Shown in pieces: positions 15,673 through 20,000 of a DNA stretch of 20,000 bases. Source of the DNA: an uncultured virus (IMG/VR IMGVR_UViG_3300029305_001816). Lineage: Duplodnaviria; Heunggongvirae; Uroviricota; Caudoviricetes. The position numbers and the translations under genes are program-made. Location of the stretch: IMG/VR virus record IMGVR_UViG_3300029305_001816, positions 52,739-72,738 of that record; one strand, written 5' to 3'. Position 1 is the stretch's first letter. Every line of letters begins with the position of its first letter. The notes under the pieces are model-generated. The model was not told the origin of the DNA, searched no databases, and worked only from the letters and a program-made list of their open reading frames with translations.

Positions 15673-16392
15673 TTAATTCATGTATAATTCGTAATAAGAT
15701 TGATTATGCTTTCGATTTTTATTTGGTTCACTTGTAAATTTTTTAATAAATTCAATAGTGTTTTCTAAACCATGCTTCCTTATGTATTTATTTATCATAT
15801 TTACATTAAATCCTAAAATTCTTGACCAGTCTTTACCAGTATGTTTCTCACCATCTATATCTATTATAGAAGTAGTAGATTTATACTTAGCATTTTCAAC
15901 ATTCTCAATCCATCTACAGTTGTCTGGTGAATAGTCTTTGTCTTCGTCGATTCTATCAATTGTTAGATTATCTTCGTAGCCATTCTGTAGTGACCATTCT
16001 TCAAATAATAGTGGATTATCAAGCCACTCATTGCAAATTTTTATACCTTTTTCTCCATACCATCGATATGTTTTGTTATTCTTGTTGTAACAACGTTGTT
16101 TCATATCACTAAAAATACTTCGAATTCTACGGTTATTCCATTTTATTTGTTGCACATATCTGCCATCAGGAGACACATGCTTACATATTGTAGCTATATG
16201 CGATTTTCCAGTAATTTCACCATAAGTTGAATATTTTTTATATCCGCATTCTTTGCACTCAGCTACATAAATGTAGTGTCCATACTTATCTTTTTCATCG
16301 AGCATATCTACTATCGTGTAGATTCCGTGTTGTTCTCCTATGTGAGAACGTGGGTCAAAATTACTTTTCTTACTTCTTTTGTTTCTTGCCAT
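15673..16392 (-). CDS. Free-standing HNH-type (homing) endonuclease, paralogue of 13118-13792
   Basis: MKQRCYN...YRWYG.KGIKIC.EW...LTIDRID....YSPDNCRW; same terminal NQSYYELYMN; GAGGAG RBS. Confidence 0.8.
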   Translation of the reverse strand: MARNKRSKKSNFDPRSHIGEQHGIYTIVDMLDEKDKYGHYIYVAECKECGYKKYSTYGEITGKSHIATICKHVSPDGRYVQQIKWNNRRIRSIFSDMKQRCYNKNNKTYRWYGEKGIKICNEWLDNPLLFEEWSLQNGYEDNLTIDRIDEDKDYSPDNCRWIENVENAKYKSTTSIIDIDGEKHTGKDWSRILGFNVNMINKYIRKHGLENTIEFIKKFTSEPNKNRKHNQSYYELYMN

Positions 16393-16505
16393 ACTTGTTA
16401 CTCCTCTGTATCAAAAGTGTTAATTGTTTTCATTGTGTGCGAATAGCAGGATACAGCTACTATTCGCTAAATATAATGTTTGTACACACATTATAACCAC
16501 AACGC

Positions 16506-16592
16506 TGGTACGGATGATGAGCCTTGAACTCACACGGTATTTCTACCGACAGATTTTAAGTCTGTTGCGTCTACCTATTCCGCCACATCCGC
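16506..16592 (-). tRNA. tRNA-Leu(TAA)
   Basis: GCGGATG/CATCCGT-ACCA, ACAGA-CTTAAAA-TCTGT, long variable arm. Confidence 0.95.
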
Positions 16593-16625
16593 ATATTTTG
16601 CTTTTTTAATTGGAAAGCTAACCAA

Positions 16626-16703
16626 TGGGGGATGCAGAGAGACTCGAACTCTCGAAATTCCTACATTAAAAGTGTAGTGCCTTACCAACTTGGCCATGCA
16701 TCC
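16626..16703 (-). tRNA. tRNA-Lys(TTT) with C73 discriminator
   Basis: GGATGCA/TGCATCC-C-CCA, CTACA-CTTTTAA-TGTAG, TTCGAGT T-loop, 7-nt variable loop. Confidence 0.88.
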
Positions 16704-16767
16704 ATATTTTATATAACTTTATCAGTTATATTGTTTACTAACTTTCATTCATCTCTGAACTGTATGT

Positions 16768-16823
16768 ATTATATCATACTTTGTTTTGTTTGTCAAGAAC
16801 TTTTTTTGATTTTTCTGAAATCT
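16768..16823 (-). promoter_or_regulatory. Sigma-A promoter P1 with CodY-like box
   Basis: TTGACA (16791-16796), 17 bp, TATAAT (16768-16773) with TGn extension. Box ATTTTTCTGAAATCT at 16809-16823. Confidence 0.85.
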
Positions 16824-16878
16824 TTTTTAAGTTTTCCAAATCAAATCCCTCAACAACTCACTCGGTTTTTACATGAAT

Positions 16879-16933
16879 ATTATATCATATCTTCGTCACC
16901 TTGTCAAGAACTTTTTTCGAATTTCTGAAAATA
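16879..16933 (-). promoter_or_regulatory. Sigma-A promoter P2 with CodY-like box
   Basis: TTGACA (16902-16907), 17 bp, TATAAT (16879-16884) with TGn. Box GAATTTCTGAAAATA at 16919-16933. Confidence 0.85.
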
Positions 16934-16998
16934 ATTTTTGATTTCCCAATCGTTTAATTCTCATCAATTATCATCTGCTTCGCTCATTGACTGTAGGT

Positions 16999-17053
16999 AT
17001 TATATCATATCTAAAACCAAATGTCAAGTACTTTTTTGAATTTTCTGAAAGTT
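16999..17053 (-). promoter_or_regulatory. Sigma-A promoter P3 with CodY-like box
   Basis: TTGACA (17022-17027), 17 bp, TATAAT (16999-17004) with TGn. Box AATTTTCTGAAAGTT at 17039-17053 (14/15 to AATTTTCWGAAAATT). Confidence 0.85.
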
Positions 17054-17124
17054 TTCGTTTTATCCTAATCCATTATATCTACCTATGTCGGAGGTCAATA
17101 GCCAATTGCCTTACCGACATAGGT

Positions 17125-17172
17125 ATTATATCATACTGGAAATTAAATGTCAAGCACTTTTTTCAGAAATTT
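17125..17172 (-). promoter_or_regulatory. Sigma-A promoter P4 with CodY-like box
   Basis: TTGACA (17148-17153, containing the phosphoesterase stop codon), 17 bp, TATAAT (17125-17130) with TGn. Box TTTTTTCAGAAATTT at 17158-17172. Confidence 0.85.
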
Positions 17173-17746
17173 CAATAATTTCTTTTAATGTTCTAGGAGT
17201 ATAATTCATATAGGGTAGCATACATCCAACATTATACGCTCTCGCCGGAGGACAGTCGGTATAACCCTTCATAGTCTTATCCTTGAAAAAGTTATTCACA
17301 TAATTAAGACAGTGTTTATAGACTTCCCACTCGTCCGACATGTGTAAATGCCCATATAGCAAAACAGACCCCTTGTGTTGATTTGCCCAGAACAGTTCAG
17401 GAGAATGTAACAGCACTAATTTATGATTCATGCCATTATAATTATCTATGATTTCTTTGCGGTCACACACTTCTGTAAAAAGCTGTCTTAGTCTGATATC
17501 TTTTAGGTCGCCGTCATGATTTCCAAGTACTGCTACACGCTTACCTTTTAACACAGACAAGCATTTACACAGATATTCATTATCTTTATTACTACCAATT
17601 CTGCCAATATCACCAAGAATATAAACTGTATCTGCATTAGTTACAACACGATTCCAATTGTCTATAATCAACTGGTCGTGTTTCAATGTACGATTTTCGA
17701 AATTATTTTGGCATCCGAAGTGCAAATCTGATATATAGTAATTCAT
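17150..17746 (-). CDS. Calcineurin-like metallophosphoesterase
   Basis: DLHFG, LGD, GNHD and GHLH metal-binding motifs. Confidence 0.9.
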   Translation of the reverse strand: MNYYISDLHFGCQNNFENRTLKHDQLIIDNWNRVVTNADTVYILGDIGRIGSNKDNEYLCKCLSVLKGKRVAVLGNHDGDLKDIRLRQLFTEVCDRKEIIDNYNGMNHKLVLLHSPELFWANQHKGSVLLYGHLHMSDEWEVYKHCLNYVNNFFKDKTMKGYTDCPPARAYNVGCMLPYMNYTPRTLKEIIEISEKSA

Positions 17747-17759
17747 ATAATTACCTCAA

Positions 17760-18050
17760 TTAGCCAACAGCCTCTTCGTCAACACGATTAGCCGCTTCTG
17801 CCAGCTTTCGCTTATCATACTTATTTCTATTCTTTCTTCGTCTGGAAAGTTCCTTATGGAAATTGGCAGCATATTCAGTCTGACGATAAGGATGTAGACT
17901 GCCATTTCTATTTACGAAGAAAACGGTATGATTATCCTCCTTGTCCATCAGATAAAATGCTTCAGTGTCATTATGAGAAATGTAAGTAAACTTAGCATTA
18001 TTTTCTTCGCAATACTTGATTCCCAGATTTCTAACTTCTGCTAACTTCAT
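17760..18050 (-). CDS. Hypothetical protein (96 aa, basic C-terminus)
   Basis: A GAGAGGT RBS precedes the ATG at 18050, so the 18113 start in the ORF track is probably too far upstream. Confidence 0.7.
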   Translation of the reverse strand: MKLAEVRNLGIKYCEENNAKFTYISHNDTEAFYLMDKEDNHTVFFVNRNGSLHPYRQTEYAANFHKELSRRRKNRNKYDKRKLAEAANRVDEEAVG

Positions 18051-18107
18051 ATAATTTACCTCTCTTGTTTTGTTAGATAATAAAATCAGAGTTTTAAGTG
18101 GTTTAGA

Positions 18108-18155
18108 CCACAATATATAGTATTTTATTTATAGTTATACCACTATATATTGTGG
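18108..18155. promoter_or_regulatory. Tandem NrdR-like boxes
   Basis: CCACAATATATAGTAT (18108-18123) and CCACTATATATTGTGG (18140-18155) match acaCwAtATaTwGtgt with starts 32 bp apart. They lie within an 18-bp perfect inverted repeat (18104-18121 / 18142-18159). Confidence 0.7.
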
Positions 18156-18189
18156 TCTATTTTTTACTTCTTTTCATTTATATATAGAT

Positions 18190-18729
18190 TTACTTGTTAC
18201 TGCTTCCTAAAGCGCCCATACCACGTTCAGATTCAATTTCTTTTAGCTCATCATAAGAAAGCTCTTCTACATTTGTCTTAGGCACAGGAACTACAAGGGC
18301 TTGTGCAATTGCCTTTGTATATGGATAAACAATCATTTCAGATTCATACTGCATTGCATCTACAATATCCATACTTGTATGCTTCATAATAGTTTGAAGA
18401 GATTTCAACTTTGAAATGAACATAACTTTATGAGTCGTATTAGTCAAACCAATAAACCATTCATTACGGTATCCAGAATCAATAACGCCACATCTTCTTG
18501 CAATGCCCTTAGAGCCAGTGCTGCCACGCTCGAATACCAAGAAGCCATAATCAAGGTCACAAGCACTGGCAATACCAGTAGGAATCAACTTGGTTTCATG
18601 TGGATTAATTACAATATAGTCTTCGTCAAAACAAGCATAGATATCAAATCCCATATCTTCGTCTCTCTTAGACGGAATAATTGCGTCAGGACGCACTTTT
18701 GCAAACTTAATATTTACTGTTTCTTTCAT
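18190..18729 (-). CDS. dut: Trimeric dUTPase
   Basis: Motifs GFDIYA, RGSTG, GVIDSGYRNEW, IAQAL and RGMGALGSS. Confidence 0.93.
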   Translation of the reverse strand: MKETVNIKFAKVRPDAIIPSKRDEDMGFDIYACFDEDYIVINPHETKLIPTGIASACDLDYGFLVFERGSTGSKGIARRCGVIDSGYRNEWFIGLTNTTHKVMFISKLKSLQTIMKHTSMDIVDAMQYESEMIVYPYTKAIAQALVVPVPKTNVEELSYDELKEIESERGMGALGSSNK

Positions 18730-18748
18730 TCACTTTTCTCCTATAACC

Positions 18749-19999
18749 TTATAAGTCACACTTGCTCCAACCACATGCTTTACAACTATTACAACCGCCC
18801 TCAAACACTAATTCTTCGCCACAATTAGGGCATAAAATTTTACTCTTTATAGCAGTTTCAACAACCTTTTCTTCTACATCGGGAATAGCTACTCCATTTA
18901 CAAAGCAATCATTAAACTGCTTATGCATATCTTTTAGAGCATATCCAATTGCCATAGGACAACAGGAACCCTTGCTCTTACCACGCTTTGCATAACTAGG
19001 ACAAGCACCAGTAGACATCAACTGGTCTACAATATCATCAAGAGATACGCCAGCTCTAGCAGCAGCAGAAATCATTCTGGAAAGACCAATCATAAAGTTG
19101 TTACATCCACCAGTAGAACCCTTACTAAGATAAATCTCTCTGAGTTCTCCATTACTAGGGTCAAAGAATGCTTGACAATGCAAAGAACCACAACCAGTCA
19201 TTAGCTTACGCTTCAGACCCACAATATTATCATCGGTAGCAATAATCTCTCCACGCTGTAATTCGCTTGCTACTTCATTTTTACTTTCATTGGTTTCACT
19301 TGTAGTCAAAATGCCAGTTCTCTTACATCCATCACGGAAGATGGTAACTCCCTTTAGACCAGCTTTCCATGCAAGCATATAAAGATTTTCTGTATCTTCT
19401 ACGGTAAATGAATTAGGTACGTTTACAGTTGAGCTAATAGAAGCATCAATATGTTTCTGCCAAACAGCTTGCATTTTAATTCTGTCTTTATAATCTAAAT
19501 CTTGTGCGGTTACAAAGAAATCAGGCAGCATAGCATCATCTGTAATATTGTGTTCCTTCATATACTTCTCTACAATAGGAGTGTATACTTTGTAATATTC
19601 ATCATGACCATGAAGAGATTCTGTCTTTCTTGTATAGTAATTCGCAAAGATAGGTTCAATGCCGCCAGATACACCAAGCATAGAAGATAAGCTGCCAGTA
19701 GGAGCAATTGTTAGCAACTGAGAATTATTGATACCGCTCGTTGTAACTTTTCTGTATGTAGAACTCGTAACATTTTCTCTTAAATATTGAGATGTATTGA
19801 TTGCACGAGAATTATATTTTGGATATACACCGATATTTTCTGCCATATCACTAGATGTATAAATTGCTTGGTCTGCCATTACATATCCAATTTTGTCACA
19901 TAGAGCAATAGATTCTTCACTTCCATATGGAATATTCATTTTGATAAGCATATCAGCCAATCCAAAAATACCAAGTCCAATCTGTCTCCAATCTCTTAC
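18749..19999 (-). CDS. nrdJ: Class II (adenosylcobalamin-dependent) ribonucleotide reductase, C-terminal part (5'-truncated)
   Basis: The frame is open to the window end (RQIGLGIFGLADML). Motifs TIAPTGSLS, SGGIEP, QKHIDASISSTVN and GLKGVTIFRDG, a TSCPD-like domain, and a terminal CPNC...EGGC..C..CGWSKC. Confidence 0.9.
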   Translation of the reverse strand, partial: VRDWRQIGLGIFGLADMLIKMNIPYGSEESIALCDKIGYVMADQAIYTSSDMAENIGVYPKYNSRAINTSQYLRENVTSSTYRKVTTSGINNSQLLTIAPTGSLSSMLGVSGGIEPIFANYYTRKTESLHGHDEYYKVYTPIVEKYMKEHNITDDAMLPDFFVTAQDLDYKDRIKMQAVWQKHIDASISSTVNVPNSFTVEDTENLYMLAWKAGLKGVTIFRDGCKRTGILTTSETNESKNEVASELQRGEIIATDDNIVGLKRKLMTGCGSLHCQAFFDPSNGELREIYLSKGSTGGCNNFMIGLSRMISAAARAGVSLDDIVDQLMSTGACPSYAKRGKSKGSCCPMAIGYALKDMHKQFNDCFVNGVAIPDVEEKVVETAIKSKILCPNCGEELVFEGGCNSCKACGWSKCDL

Positions 20000-20000
20000 A

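Noticed and set aside
12816..16703. Stop-codon recoding or suppressor tRNAs
   Set aside because: There are no CTA, TTA or TCA anticodons (TAG, TAA and TGA here are Leu/Ser anticodons), and genes read intact in the standard code.
16704..17172. CRISPR-like repeat-spacer array
   Set aside because: The units are 111-126 bp with only promoter elements conserved. There is no identical 25-45-bp repeat and no cas gene.
14197..17178. ORFs overlapping tRNAs or the promoter array (14197-14406, 15079-15285, 15123-15335, 16424-16609, 16632-16928, 16987-17178)
   Set aside because: They are shadow frames over tRNA genes and promoters, with no RBS or protein motifs.
872..19690. Other antisense or alternate-frame ORFs (e.g. 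872-1171, 2007-2279, 4673-5047, 11229-11858, 18430-18828)
   Set aside because: They are nested within or opposite better-supported genes.

Overview
This is a 20-kb segment of a large, AT-rich, probably temperate tailed phage (or prophage) of a Firmicutes/Clostridia host, read in the standard genetic code. The left arm (+ strand, 1-8726) carries the end of the tail/tail-fibre module. It is followed by a large serine recombinase with a candidate attP, two small genes (one a serine-less resolvase-domain protein) and a promoter-terminator unit with no ORF. The right arm (- strand, 8798-20000) carries nucleotide-metabolism genes (class II RNR, dUTPase, metallophosphoesterase, ThyX-like, DUF3310), small hypotheticals, and a cluster of 13 CCA-encoding tRNA genes interrupted by two paralogous HNH endonuclease genes. 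The most notable signals are: (i) four tandem consensus sigma-A promoters, each with a CodY-like box, pointing into the tRNA cluster; (ii) non-canonical tRNAs, including a long-variable-arm tRNA with a UAU anticodon, a tRNA-Pro with an 8-bp acceptor stem and no TTC loop, and a tRNA-Lys with C73; (iii) several structured non-tRNA elements between the tRNAs; (iv) a pair of NrdR-like boxes 32 bp apart and an HPr/Crh-like protein. Together these suggest, by inference only, that the phage plugs into host nutrient-sensing regulators. All calls come from reading the sequence by eye; no searches or folding programs were run.
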